This document shows, one piece after another, positions 45,286 through 56,885 of a stretch of 64,000 bases of DNA. The stretch's first letter is position 1. Each line of letters starts with the position of its first letter. The notes under the pieces were generated by a model. The model saw only the letters and a list, made by a program, of their open reading frames with translations. It had not been told where the DNA came from and did no database searches. Origin of the DNA: Candidatus Eiseniibacteriota bacterium (GTDB lineage Bacteria; Eisenbacteria; RBG-16-71-46; CAVPCR01); the NCBI GenBank assembly GCA_963702435.1, contig CAVPCR010000002.1, positions 64,001 to 128,000 of the forward strand, written 5' to 3'. A program made the translations under genes and the position numbers.

Positions 45286-46399
45286 TTAGCGTCTCCAGCC
45301 GAGGACGCGATGCACCGGATGCTTCCCCAAGATGTTCTTCACGTCTTCGAGGATCTCCCCCTCGCCCAGCAGTAGATCGTCCTTCATTAGCTCCGAGGTG
45401 GTCGAAGAAATCAGTATGTCCCCTGCTTTCGCCACCTCGACGAGCCGGTGCGCTGAAGTTCACTGCCTCCCAGGGCGGTGAACTCCGAGCGTCTCGCCGC
45501 GCCGACGTCGCCGACCAGTGCTTCGCCGGTGTGTATTCCGCAGCCCAGCCCGATATCTACTTCTCTCGGCTCTACCAGTCTCCACTGGCGCATCCACTTC
45601 AACTTCACGGGCTCGAAGTTGTCTCGATTCGCGCAGGCAGCTCGGAGAGCACGCTCGGCGCCATGTCGCCCTTCCCCCGAGTTGTCCTCCTCCCGGATTC
45701 CGAAGAGCGCCATGATCTCGTCGCCGAGGAACTTGTCGACGACCCCGTCGTGTTCAAAGATGGCTTCGACAACAACGTCGGAAGTAGTCCCGAACGAATC
45801 GAGCAATCGCATCCGGGTGGGCTTTCATTGCATCGTATAACTCCGAGAATCGCCGGACGTCCCAGAAGCAGATAGTGACCTTCCTCTTCCGAAGCACGAG
45901 CAGCTCCGGCTTGTTCATGGCCATCTCGAAGATGTGGCCGTCGAAGTAGCGCTTCAATTGGGTCGCCCGCTCCTTCGCTTCAATCGCCTGCCGCCATCGC
46001 AGTGCGGCCTCAGCCTTGACTAGCAGTTCTTCGGCGATACGATGCCTGGGGTTGTCTTTGGAATGCAGTCAAAGGCACCCGACTGAATGCCTCGTAACGC
46101 AACATTCGCTTGTCGTGCTGGGTGTAGAGAATCACCGGCACGAATGGATCGTCCTCCCGAACCTGCTTTAGGACGGTCATGCCGCCGGGTTCCGTGTTTG
46201 AATCGACCTCTTCACTGGGCAGGAGGCACAGGTCGCAAATGACCACGTCCGGGTGGTGCTCACCTACAGCGGCCATCGCCGTCTTCGCGTCTCGAGCCGT
46301 GTTCACCTTCCATCCGACCGCGCTTCTTTCCAGAGACTGCTTGTAGGTTTCGAGATTCTCCTGATCGTCATCGACCAACAGCAAAGAAGGATTCGTCAT
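45286..46399 (-). CDS. Response regulator (REC) - class III adenylate/guanylate cyclase fusion, frameshifted
   Basis: LLLVDDD...DVVICDL...PVILYT (REC); VTICFWDVRRFS, VVDKFLGDEIMALFG, GIHTGEALVGDVG, EFTALG (cyclase). Confidence 0.85.
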
Positions 46400-46406
46400 C
46401 TCGTCC

Positions 46407-49400
46407 TCAGACTGAGGGTTCTGTGCCCACCAGGTACATCTCGAACACGGCGCCGCTGCCAGGGCTTCCCGTCTCACGCACAGCGCCGCCGTGAGCCTTG
46501 ATGACCCACCTCAAGCGCGTCAGGCCAATGCCGCTGCTGCCGGCGCGCGTGGAGTAGAACGGGAGAAAGATCTTCCCCTTCTGATCCTCTGCTACGCCGG
46601 GGCCATCGTCCGCCACGCGCCACAAGACGTATTGCCGCGAGGGGTTCAGCTCGAGCGGCAAGGTCCTCGTGTCGGGCACGGTCATCGACACGAATGCTGT
46701 TCTGTTCTCGGCGATGCAGAAGTGCGCGGAGTTCCTCGCGAGCTCAACCGCGCATTCGTTGATCCGGCGCTCGTCCGCCAGTACGTGTCCCGCCGCCGCC
46801 TGGTCGTCCCACTCGACATCAAAACCCTCGGCGCGGAAGGCTGAGGTGAAGAGCGCGCCGATCCGGGATGTGGGTACCGCCTTCGTTTGCACATCTCTCG
46901 TCTCCCGCAGCTGCCGCAGTTCTTCGAGATTGCTCTTCATGCTCTCGATCTGCCGCTGCATGAAATCGAGGATAGGCAGGGCATCCCGCGGCGAACTCTC
47001 GAGGGAACGGCGAAGCTCCAGCATCCGCGCCTCCAGCCGCTGCACCGGCTCGCCAAAGCGATGGAGCGGTAGACCCGCGAGCCGGGTCAGCAGTTGTTCT
47101 CGGGCCTTCCTCACCTCGACGGCAATTGCGGTGGTCGTCGCGAAGGCGGAAAGCGCTTCTTGCGTCTCCGGTGAGATTGGTGCACGCGTGAACTTGTTGT
47201 CTGCGATCAGCAACCCGATGACTCGCCCACCCAAGGACAGCGGAGCGACTGCGACCGGACTGGTGGGCTCCAGGGTGTCGAACAGCTCCACGGGCAAGTT
47301 CGAGAAGTGGTCCGCCGACAGGACGATCGGGGCATTCCGACCGAGGAGCTCGCGGGCGGATGCTGAGGCTTGGAGGACGATCCGGACATTGCCAATGCGA
47401 AGCCCGACGGGTGTGGGTTCGAGCTGCCCGGCGTGGAGGTGCTTGAGATACTCATCGAAGTTCTCGAGTCCTCTGGACTTGTGACGATCCCAGGCCTCCT
47501 CGGCGGAGGTCTGATCGATGAACCCGATGCCCAGCCTTCCCTCCAGGACCTCGTTGCGATCGTCCACCAGCAGGATGGCGGAGCGGTTGAATCCCAGGCC
47601 GTACCCCGCCGAGACGCCGGTGAGCACCGCGTGGAGGATGACCTCCAGCTCCTCGGAACTCTGAGTGAAGTCGCTGATCTTCTGCAGCACGTGGAGGGCG
47701 TGGATCACTCGGCTCTCGGAGGTGACCAGGCGTCCGGTTCGGATCGACAGGGACATGTGCGTCGCCAGTCGGCTCAGGCATTCCCTCGCCAGGTCCTCGT
47801 CGATGTCGAGGTCATTCCGACCGCACGCGACGAGCACACCCGCCCTCTCCCCCGCGTGGGTCACGGGCACTGCGACCGCCTGAACCTCCGGGCCGTCAGG
47901 CTCGAATTCACCCCCGCCTTCACGGCAACAGGTCCCGGTCCTCGCGGCCGTCTCTCCGGGCTTTGCGAACCGGGTCAGCAACTCGTCTGTGCCGTGCACT
48001 TGAGCCAGAGCACATCCCCCGACTCCACGGCGCCGCGCCAGCTCGCCCGCACGAGATCGCTCGCAGTCGATCGGGAGTAGTACTGGGCGCAACGGTATCC
48101 GAGCACTGAGACCGCAACGTTGACCAGTTCCTGCTCCAGAGCTGAGAGCGCCTTCTGCCGGGCGGAGCTGGTGAGTTGCGTCGTCGAGCTTCGCGTACAA
48201 TTCTGCGCGCCGTGTCTCCTTCTGATGCATGTCCCGAAGTTGGTGAATGGTATCGGCGCTAGCGATGGCGACACGCACGGAATCAGCGAACATCTGAAGT
48301 ACGAATTCGTCGCCGCGGGTGAAGTGGTATCCCGATTCGGGACCGTTCGGTCCGCGCTTGTTGTCCGCGCGGATCAGCCCCTGGAGCCGGTTCTCTCCTT
48401 GCTCGATGGAGATCAGCGGCACGGCCAGGAGCGAATAGCAGGCACCCGATGGCGTATGCGACGCCCCCTTGCGATTCACCGCGAAGTGCTCCGTCAGCGC
48501 GGGACCGTAGAGATTCACGGGTCGCCCATCGAACGCGATGTGGCCTGTCAGCCCCGATTTGCGTCCCGAACACACAGCGAGCTGGGTTCCGAGCTCGAAC
48601 ATCCCTTCCTTGTGCCCCCAGCTGGCCTCGAGCGACAGGAATCCCGGTCGTCTGACCAGAAAGATGCCTGCCGTCTCCGCCTGGAGGATCGTCGCCGTGT
48701 ACTGCGCGATCAGTCCCAAGCGGTCACTCAGATCACTCCGATGGAGGTCGGTCATCAGTTTGGTCGTGAAGACTGAGATATTCTCGAGTCGCTTGAGCCT
48801 CTCCACGTCTCTCGTCAGCAGCTCATCGGTGCCGAGGGCCACGGCCGCCTGATCGGCGAAGAGGCTCAGGAGTTGTGCATCCTGTTTCGTGAACTCCCGT
48901 CCGACCTTATCGTCCACGTAGAGCACGCCCAGCGTGCGCATCCTCCACCTGAGAAGCACTTCGATGACCGCACCGAACGCTCGGTTGCCCTGGTAGATGG
49001 CCGCCCTATCGGGCCAGGCGTTGTAGTCGTTCACGATCATGAAAGGATCGCCGGAGCACACCAGCCGGCCGGCCATGCCCTCGCCGAGCTTCAGGGTCTT
49101 GTCGTAGTGGTCGGGGCGATTGAAGTCGACGGTGACGCGGAGATCGCGCCGTTGGCGATTGTACTCGTTAGATTCCGCCGCTCTGGGCCCCGAGGAGCCG
49201 CACCGCCTGCTCGACGATCCTCCTGAGGAGTGTCGTCCGGTCGAATTCGGTCGCGAAGGACAGGCTGGTTTGCCGCAGAAGCTCCAGTTGCGTGGCGCTG
49301 AGCGCCGCCGCGGGCGGCAGCTGCCTGGGCGCACGTTCCGTCCAGCGACTTAGCAGTTGCGCGTCCACGGAACTCACGTTCGTGAAGGCAATGCCAGCGC

Positions 49401-49731
49401 GATTTCCCTTGGACTCACCGGAAGTCCACACGATCTTGCCGGTCAGTGACACGTCCGAGTCCGGCATGTGAAGCGTGAGGCCGAGCGAATCAGAATGGGT
49501 GAGCGTTGGGGTGTCGGCCAGCCCGATCCCACCCAGGCTGAGGTCCGCCACTTGCGCCCTCGCGCTGATCAGGTTCTGGGAATCATACAAATCCACGAGG
49601 AACCGGTGCTCCGGGCGCTTCTCCTCGCGTCGACAGTGAGTCCGTTTCTCGTCCATTATCGGCCTCGGGAGAGACTCGCACGTAATGATGTCTTCGGCCG
49701 GACGGAGTGCTGCCGCAGGCTGCCGATTCAC
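46407..49731 (-). CDS. PilZ - multi-GAF sensor histidine kinase, frameshifted
   Basis: RREEKR...DLSLGG (PilZ); several GAF repeats (LLSLFADQAAVAL, LQMFADSVRVAI, LIADNKFT); HRFGEP H-box-like motif, ELARNS, DDGPG, FYST, GIGL. Confidence 0.82.
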
Positions 49732-49837
49732 GACGGTGATGATGGACCGCTACTCACAAGTTTGCAAGAGCAGCCGCGGTGCGCCAGCTATTGACTCCGA
49801 TGCTCCCCCCCATGCCCACTCCCGACGCGGTCTGCGG

Positions 49838-50760
49838 GAATAGGAGTTCCTTTCCCCGCACCTAATCGAGCAGAGGAAGAGCTGACAGCAGGAGCGCGCC
49901 CGGAAGCCGGCGGTCGAGTCGGCATGGTGCGGTGACGCGCCGCCGGAGGGGGGGGTGGAGTGCCCGACGACCGCAGGAGGCCGCGGTGGGAGAAGCAGCG
50001 AGGTGGCGGCAGCAGGCCTCGAATCCGAGGCAGGCAGACCTTCCCGTTGCGCTGTCACCGATCACTGACGACGGCGTTCTCGATCTCGAGTCGGTCGGCG
50101 TGGCCTGTGCGGAGCCGAGCGGGTCGATGGCCGCCTGCGGGACGATCGGCCCGACATCCGCCCACGGCCCGGCGCGGGCGTCGTAGTGGACTCGGCGCAG
50201 GTGGCTGAGGATGACGTCGATCACCACCGGGTCGAGGAGGAAGGCGATGATCCGCAGCGGGCCCCTGCACCGCGGACAGGCGAGCGGGTCGACCTCGAAG
50301 ATGCGGCGGAGCAGCTCGGCCCATCGCCTCCTGAGCGCGGCGCGGGCCGGGGATGGTGTCGTCGGCGACGCGGCTGAGAACGCCGAGGAGGCGGGGGTCG
50401 CAGAGGAAGTAGGGCCGCAGGCGCTTGGGGATGGTGAAGACGTACTGGCGCGGGATTTACAGCAATGGCTCGCTGTCGAGCCACTCATACCTGATGGCCA
50501 GTCGCTTGGCGTGACATGAGGGACAGAAGTAACGGCACTTGCAGCTGAAGGCGACCAGGAACTCCGCCGCGCACTCCTGGCACCGGACCCCGGGCGAGTC
50601 CAGACGGTCCGCTTGAGGAACTTCTCGACCACCTCGCGTACAACCGGCCGCCAGGGGCCGTAGCGGTGCTCGAAGCGCCCCTCGTAGGTCCCGGCCACTT
50701 CCTCGAGTGATCCTGTAAGAAAGGCGGTAAGGCGACGAGGACTGGGGACGGCGCGGCCGG
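49838..50760 (-). mobile_element. Internally deleted IS91/ISCR-like element
   Basis: YEGRFEHRYG..RPVVREVVEKFL; RCQECAAEFLVAFSCKCRYFCPSCHAKR (Zn-binding); WAELLRRIFEVDPLACPRC...IIAFL (C-terminus); oriIS-like GAACTCCTATTC at 49849-49838. Confidence 0.8.
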
Positions 50761-51141
50761 TAGATGCCCACCGGGGAGCCGGTGCCGGGCAGACCGCTGC
50801 CGTGCGCGCAGGCTGGTGGGTCAGTTCCGGCAGGGGATGCAACCACGCCCCGGGAACGGAATCACGATCGGCGCCAGGGGGCCTCGGCGGCGCCAGGAGC
50901 GGGGTTCTACGATCGGCGGTCGGTCCCGAATGCCAACGCGGCTCACGGACGTGACACCGGCGAGATCAGAGACCTGGGAGCGCGGTGACCTGGTCCTTAC
51001 GAGCGCCACCGGCCGCTCCCAGGAGGAGCGGCCGGTGGCGCTCGGCGAACTTGCGCATCTGGCACACGGCGCTCGGCGGCCGCGCCATGATCCGTTTCGG
51101 GCTCAAGTAGCGCTCGAGGTCGGCGGCGAACGCCGCGGTGC

Positions 51142-52057
51142 TTACGGCTCGCGCCCCGGCGTCGCGCACTGCCCGAGGAGCCAGTCGCGGAACAGCGACG
51201 ACGCGCTGGCTGTCGGCTTTGCGCTCGGGGTAGACCAGGTAGTACGCGTACTCGCTCGTGACCGGGCGGTCGATGGCGACGACGAGCCGGCCGCTCGCGA
51301 GTTCCTCCTGGATCAGGAAGCTGGGGCAGGAGCGCCAAGCCCACGCCGGCGATGGCGGCCTGGATGACCATGTGGAACTGCTCGAAGCGCGGGCCCACGC
51401 GGCCGTCGAGGTTGCTCCACCCCGCAGGCGCGCAGCCACTCCTGCCAGGCCTGCGGGCGCGTCACGTGCTGCAGCAGCGTGAAGCGCCCCACGTCTTCCG
51501 GCCGCGCGACGGGCGGCCTGCCGGCGAGGAGCGACGGCGCGGCCACCGGCACGACGACCTCCCCCATCAGCCGGTGGCAGACCGCCCCCGGCCATACCTC
51601 GCTCCCGAAGTGGATCGCGGCGTCGATGTCGCTCCCGGCGAAGTCGAACGGCCTCACCTGGGTCACGAGGTCGAGCTGGATGTCGGGGTGCCGGGCCGTG
51701 AAGTCGCCGAGCCGGGGGACAGCCACCGCGACCCGAAGGTCGGCAGCAGGGCGACGGTGAGCACCCCCCCTCCGCCGCCATAGGCCATCACTTGCAGGGT
51801 GGCGGCCTCGGCCTGGTCGAGGAGGTCCCGCACCGCGACGGAGTAGGCCTCCCCGGGCTCCGTCAGGACGAGGCGCTGCTTGACCCGCCGGAAGAGCGGC
51901 CGCCCGACGTACTCCTCCAGCTGCCGGATCTGGCGGCTGACCGCGCTCTGGGTCACGTTCAGCTCGCGGGCCGCCCGGGTGAAGCTCATGTGGCGCACCG
52001 CGGCGTCGAAGAACTGGAGGGCGGTCAGGGATGGGAGGATGCGCTCGCGTAGGTCAT
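51142..52057 (-). CDS. LysR-family transcriptional regulator (GcvA-like), frameshifted
   Basis: LPSLTALQFFDAAVRHMSFTRAARELNVTQSAVSRQIRQLEE, LPTFGSRWL, FEQFHMVIQAAIAG.G.ALLP; divergent from the catabolic operon. Confidence 0.93.
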
Positions 52058-52210
52058 GACTTCTTGGAATGAACTCCTGCGAAAACATCGTTTGCGGCCA
52101 GACCCGATCTATAGCGGCATAATTCAGCTGACGTGCAAAGTAGATCGGCAGAGGCGAGGATTCAGAGCGGCCGCGAAGCCGACGGGCCACAGTTCATTCC
52201 TGAACAGCAT
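52056..52210. promoter_or_regulatory. Putative LysR T-N11-A boxes in the divergent promoter region
   Basis: ATGACTTCTTGGAAT at 52056 (overlaps the LysR start) and ATTCCTGAACAGCAT at 52196. Confidence 0.4.
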
Positions 52211-52291
52211 GCGGTGCGGCTCGACAGCCCCGGAGGCAGGCGTCGCCCTGGCAGGCGCGCGCCTGGCCAGCGAACCCGAGACGGAGGATCC

Positions 52292-53415
52292 ATGAGCAAG
52301 TACAAGAGTCGCGTGGTTGCCCGGTGACGGCGTCGGTATCGAGGTCATGGAGGCGACCAAGATCTGCCTCGACGCTCTCAAGTTCGACGCGACCTACACC
52401 CATGGCGACATCGGCTGGGAGTTCTGGTGCAAGGAAGGCGACGCCTTCCCCGAGCGCACCATCGAGCTCCTGAAGAACTCCGACGCGGCGCTCTTCGGCG
52501 CCATCACCTCCAAGCCGGTGAAGGACGCGGAGCGCGAACTCGTCCCCGAGCTGCAGGGCAAGGGGCTCGTCTACCGCAGCCCCATCGTGCGCATGCGCCA
52601 GCTCTTCGACCTCTACACCTGCCTGCGGCCCTGCAAGGCCTACCCGGGCAACCCGCTCAACTACAAAGAGGGCATCGACCTCGTGGTGTTCCGCGAGAAC
52701 ACCGAGGACCTCTACGCCGGCGTCGAGTTCAGCCCGGTCCCCGACGAGCTCGAGGCCGTGCTCACGCAAGCTCAGCAAGCCGTTCGCCCACTTCGCCAAG
52801 CTGCCCGGCAGCGACTACGCGATCACCTGCAAGATCAACAGCAAGGACGGCTGCGAGCGGATCATCCGCGCCGCCTTCGAGTACGCCAAGAAGTTCAACT
52901 ACCCGAAGGTCACCGATCATCCACAAGGCGAACGTGGTGCGGGCGACCGAAGGGCTGTTCCTGGAGACCGGGCAAGCGCATCGCCAAGGACTACCCGGGG
53001 ATCCAGATGGACGACGCCAACATCGACGCCATCTGCATGTGGCTGCTCAAGAACCCCAAGAGCTACCACGTGCTCGTGGCCACCAACATGTTCGGCGACA
53101 TCGTCAGCGACCTCGCCGCCCAGATGGTCGGCGGGCTCGGCTTCGGCTGCTCCGGCAACATCGGCGAGAAGCTCGCCGTGTTCGAGCCGACCCACGGCAG
53201 CGCGCCGAAGTACGCCGGCCAGTACAAGGTGAATCCGATCGCCACCATCCTCGCCGGCAAGATGATGCTCGACTGGCTCGGCGAGAAGGAGAAGGGCGCG
53301 CGGCTCGAGAAGGCCGACGGCGCAGGTCATCGCCGAGGGCAAGGTGCGCACCTACGACATGGGCGGCAGCGCCACGACGCTCGAGATGGGCGAGGCGATC
53401 GCCCGCAAGCTGTAG
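52292..53415 (+). CDS. Isocitrate/isopropylmalate dehydrogenase family protein, frameshifted
   Basis: PGDGVGIEV, FGAITS, FRENTEDLY, HKANV, NMFGDIVSDL, FEPTHGSAPKYAG..KVNP. Confidence 0.92.
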
Positions 53416-53435
53416 ACTCCGGCAGGGAGCGAGCG

Positions 53436-54342
53436 ATGTCCGACATCATCATCCACGAGGTCGGTCCGCGGGACGGCCTGCAGGCCGAGAAGGCAGGTCG
53501 TCCCGACCGAGAAGAAGCTCGAGTGGATCCGCTCCCTGCGTGGCGCCGGGCGTCGACATCGTCCAGGTCGGCTCCTTCGTGCACCCGGAGAAGGTGCCGC
53601 AGATGGCCGACACGGATGCGCTCTTCCGCACCCTCAGCGCCGAAGCGCACGGCAAGACGGTCCTCTCCGGGCTCGTCCTGAACGAGAAGGGGCTCGAGCG
53701 CGGCCTCGCCTGCGGCGTCGAGATGTTCTGCCTGGGGGTCTCGGCCTCCGAGACCCACAGCACGAAGAACACCGGCATGGGCTCGCCGAGGAGGCGCAGC
53801 GCCGCATCATCGCCACCGCCAGGGCGGCGGTCGCCGCCGGCAAGAGGGTGCAGGTCTCGGTGCAGAGCGCCTTCGGCTGCGGCTTCGAGGGGCCGATCCC
53901 CGAGGAGCGGGTGCTCGAGCATCGTCCGCGCCTACCTCGACGCCGGGCTCGAGAACATCAGCCTCGCCGACACCGCCGGCCACGCCCATCCCCGAGCAGG
54001 TGCGGCGGCTGTTCGGCAGGATCCGCGACGCTCGGGCCCGACGTCCAGTGCACGTGCCACTTCCACGACACCTACGGGCTCGGCATGGCGAACATCTTCG
54101 CCGCGCTGGAGGCCGGGGTCACGAGCTTCGAGACCTCGTTCGCCGGCCTCGGCGGCTGCCCGTTCACGAAGGTGGCGGCCGGCAACGTCGCCACCGAGGA
54201 CCTGGTTCACGCGCTGCGGCGGCGCGGCTTGCGCCGCGACATCGATCTCGAGGCGCTCGTCGCCCTGGGCCGCGACGTGGCGGCGCACTTCGGCCGTGAG
54301 ATGCCGGGCCGCGTCTACAAGACCGGCTCGCTTTCCTACTGA
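53436..54342 (+). CDS. HMG-CoA lyase family protein, frameshifted
   Basis: EVGPRDGLQ, SFVHPEKVPQMAD, LADTAG, HFHDTYG, GLGGCPF...GNVATEDL. Confidence 0.9.
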
Positions 54343-54360
54343 GGCAGGAGAGGGGTACCG

Positions 54361-55569
54361 ATGACGAACAAGCCGCGCATCCTCGACGGCATCAAGGTGC
54401 TCGATCTCACCAACGTGCTCTCCGGTCCGTTCGCCTCGCTCCACCTGGCGCTCCTGGGGGCCGAGGTGATCAAGATCGAGAACCCCAAGGACGGCGACCT
54501 GGCCCGCAAGCTGGGCATCGTCCCGGACTACAACAAGCAGCTCATGGGCACGAGCTTCCTGGCGCAGAACTGCAACAAGAAGTCGGTGACCCTCAACACC
54601 AAGAGCCCCGAGGGCAAGGAGATCTTCAAGCGGCTGGTGAAGGACGCCGACGTGGTGATCGAGAACTTCCGCCCCGGGCGTCATGGACCGGCTCGGGCTC
54701 GGCTACAAGGTGCTCCGCGAGATCAACCCGCAAGCTCGTCTACTGCGCCATCTCCGGCTTCGGGCAGACCGGGCCCGACGCCGACAAGCCGGCCTACGAC
54801 CAGATCATCCAGGGGCTCTCCGGCGAGATGGCGATCAACGGCGACGAGCGGTTGACACCGCTGCGCGCCGGCTTCCCGGTCTGCGACACGGTGGGCGGCC
54901 TGAACGCGGCGTTCGCCGTGATGGCCGCCCTCTACCACCGCCAGCGCACCGGCGAGGGGCAGTGCATCGACATCGCGCTCCTCGACTCGATCATGCCGCT
55001 CATGGGCTGGGTGGCGGCGAACCTGCTGATCGGCGGGCAGGAGCCGCCGGTCATGGGCAACGACAACTTCACGGCGGCGCCGAGCGGCACCTTCGACACC
55101 CAGGACGGCCACATCAACATCGCCGCCAACAAGCAGGAGCAGTGGGAGGCGGTCTGCGACGTCCTCGAGCTGCCGGAGCTGAAGACCGACCCGCGCTTCC
55201 AGGAGCGCGACACGCGCAAGAAGAACCGCAAGGCGCTGACCCCGCTGCTCGAGGCGCGGCTCGTCGCAGAAGCCGACGATGTACTGGGTCGAGGCCCTGA
55301 ACGCCAGGGACGTGCCGAGCGGCGAGATCCTGAGCCTGAAGCAGGCCCTGCGCCAGCCGCAGGTCGCGCACCGCGGCGTGCTGCAGAAGGTGAACGTGCC
55401 GCAGATCGGCGAGATCGAGGTGTTCGGGCTGACGGCGCTCTTCGACCGCACGGCAAGCCCGACGCCGGCGCCGCCGCCGGCGCTCGGCCAGCACAACGCG
55501 GAGATCTTCGGCCGCCTCGGCCTCGGCGAGGCCGAGCTCGCCGCCCTGAAGCAGAAGGCAGTGATCTGA
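54361..55569 (+). CDS. Family III CoA-transferase (CaiB/BaiF), frameshifted
   Basis: LDGIKVLDL...SGPF, GAEVIKIE, NCNKKS, ENFRPG, PAYD..IQ..SG, PPALGQHN. Confidence 0.92.
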
Positions 55570-55591
55570 ACCCGATCGACGAGGAGCAGCG

Positions 55592-56884
55592 ATGGGAATG
55601 ACAGTCGTCGAGAAGATCCTGGCGCGCGCGGCGGGCCAGAAGTCCGTCAAGGCCCTGGACGTCGTCGAGCCGCGGGTCGACCTCGCCATGTCGCACGAGA
55701 ACGCGGCGCTGGTGATCAACCAGTTCAAGGAGATCTACGAGGGCACGGGCCGCGAGCCCAAGCCCTGGGACCCGACCCGCATCGCCATCATCTTCGATCA
55801 CCGGGTGCCGGCCGAGGGGCCCAAGACCGCCACGAACCAGAAGCTCATCCGCGGCTTCGTGGCCCAGCACGGCATCGACAAGTTCCACGACATCCGCGGC
55901 GACCGCGGCGGCATCTGCCACCAGATCCTGCCGGAGTACGGCTACGTGCGGCCGGGCTGCGTCGTCGTCGGCACCGACAGCCACACCACGAGCCACGGCG
56001 CCCTGGGGGCCTTCGCCTTCGGCATCGGCGCCACCGAGATGGCGTCGGTGTGGACGCTCGGCGTCGCCCTCAACATCGAGGTGCCGCCGACCATCAAGGT
56101 GGTCGTGAACGGCCGCTTCGCCGAGCACGTGGGACCCAAGGACCTCATCCTGCACCTCATCGGCAAGCTGACGGCGCAGGGCGCCAACTTCCGCGTCCTC
56201 GAGTTCCACGGCGAGACGATCCGCGAGATGTCGACGAGCGGCCGGCTCGTCATCTGCAACATGAGCGTCGAGGCCGGCGCGACCGGCGGCATCGTTCCCG
56301 CCGACGACGAGACCGAGCACTACCTGCGGAGCGAGGCCGGGGTCACGGGACCCATCGAGCGCGTCCTGCCGGATCCGGACGCGGTCTACGAGAAGGTCGT
56401 CGAGATCGACGTGTCGCGCCTCGAGCCGCAGATCGCCTGCCCGCACACGGTGGACAACGTGAAGCCCATCGACGAGGTGGCCGGCAAGGCGGTCCAGCAG
56501 ATCGTCATCGGCAGCTGCACGAACGGCCGGCTCGACGACCTCGAGGTCGCGGCCCAGATCCTCAAGGGGCGCAAGGTGGCCGCGGGAACCCGCATGCTGG
56601 TCTTCCCGGCGTCGGCGCGGGTCTACGCCCAGGCGCTCGAAGCCGGCTACCTGCAGGACTTCATCCGGGCCGGCGCCGTGGTCATGAACCCCGGCTGCGG
56701 TCCCTGCCTGGGCGTGCACCAGGGCGCCCTGGGCGACGACGAGGTGGCGCTCGCCACCACCAACCGCAACTTCAAGGGGCGCATGGGCAATCCGAAGTCC
56801 GAGGTCTACCTGTGCAGCCCGGCCGTCGCCGCGGCCAGCGCCATCACCGGCGTCATCACCGATCCGCGCACGGGAGGGCATTGA
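55592..56884 (+). CDS. leuC: 3-isopropylmalate dehydratase / homoaconitase family, large subunit
   Basis: [37 protein letters not shown]. Confidence 0.9.
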   Translation: MGMTVVEKILARAAGQKSVKALDVVEPRVDLAMSHENAALVINQFKEIYEGTGREPKPWDPTRIAIIFDHRVPAEGPKTATNQKLIRGFVAQHGIDKFHDIRGDRGGICHQILPEYGYVRPGCVVVGTDSHTTSHGALGAFAFGIGATEMASVWTLGVALNIEVPPTIKVVVNGRFAEHVGPKDLILHLIGKLTAQGANFRVLEFHGETIREMSTSGRLVICNMSVEAGATGGIVPADDETEHYLRSEAGVTGPIERVLPDPDAVYEKVVEIDVSRLEPQIACPHTVDNVKPIDEVAGKAVQQIVIGSCTNGRLDDLEVAAQILKGRKVAAGTRMLVFPASARVYAQALEAGYLQDFIRAGAVVMNPGCGPCLGVHQGALGDDEVALATTNRNFKGRMGNPKSEVYLCSPAVAAASAITGVITDPRTGGH

Positions 56885-56885
56885 C

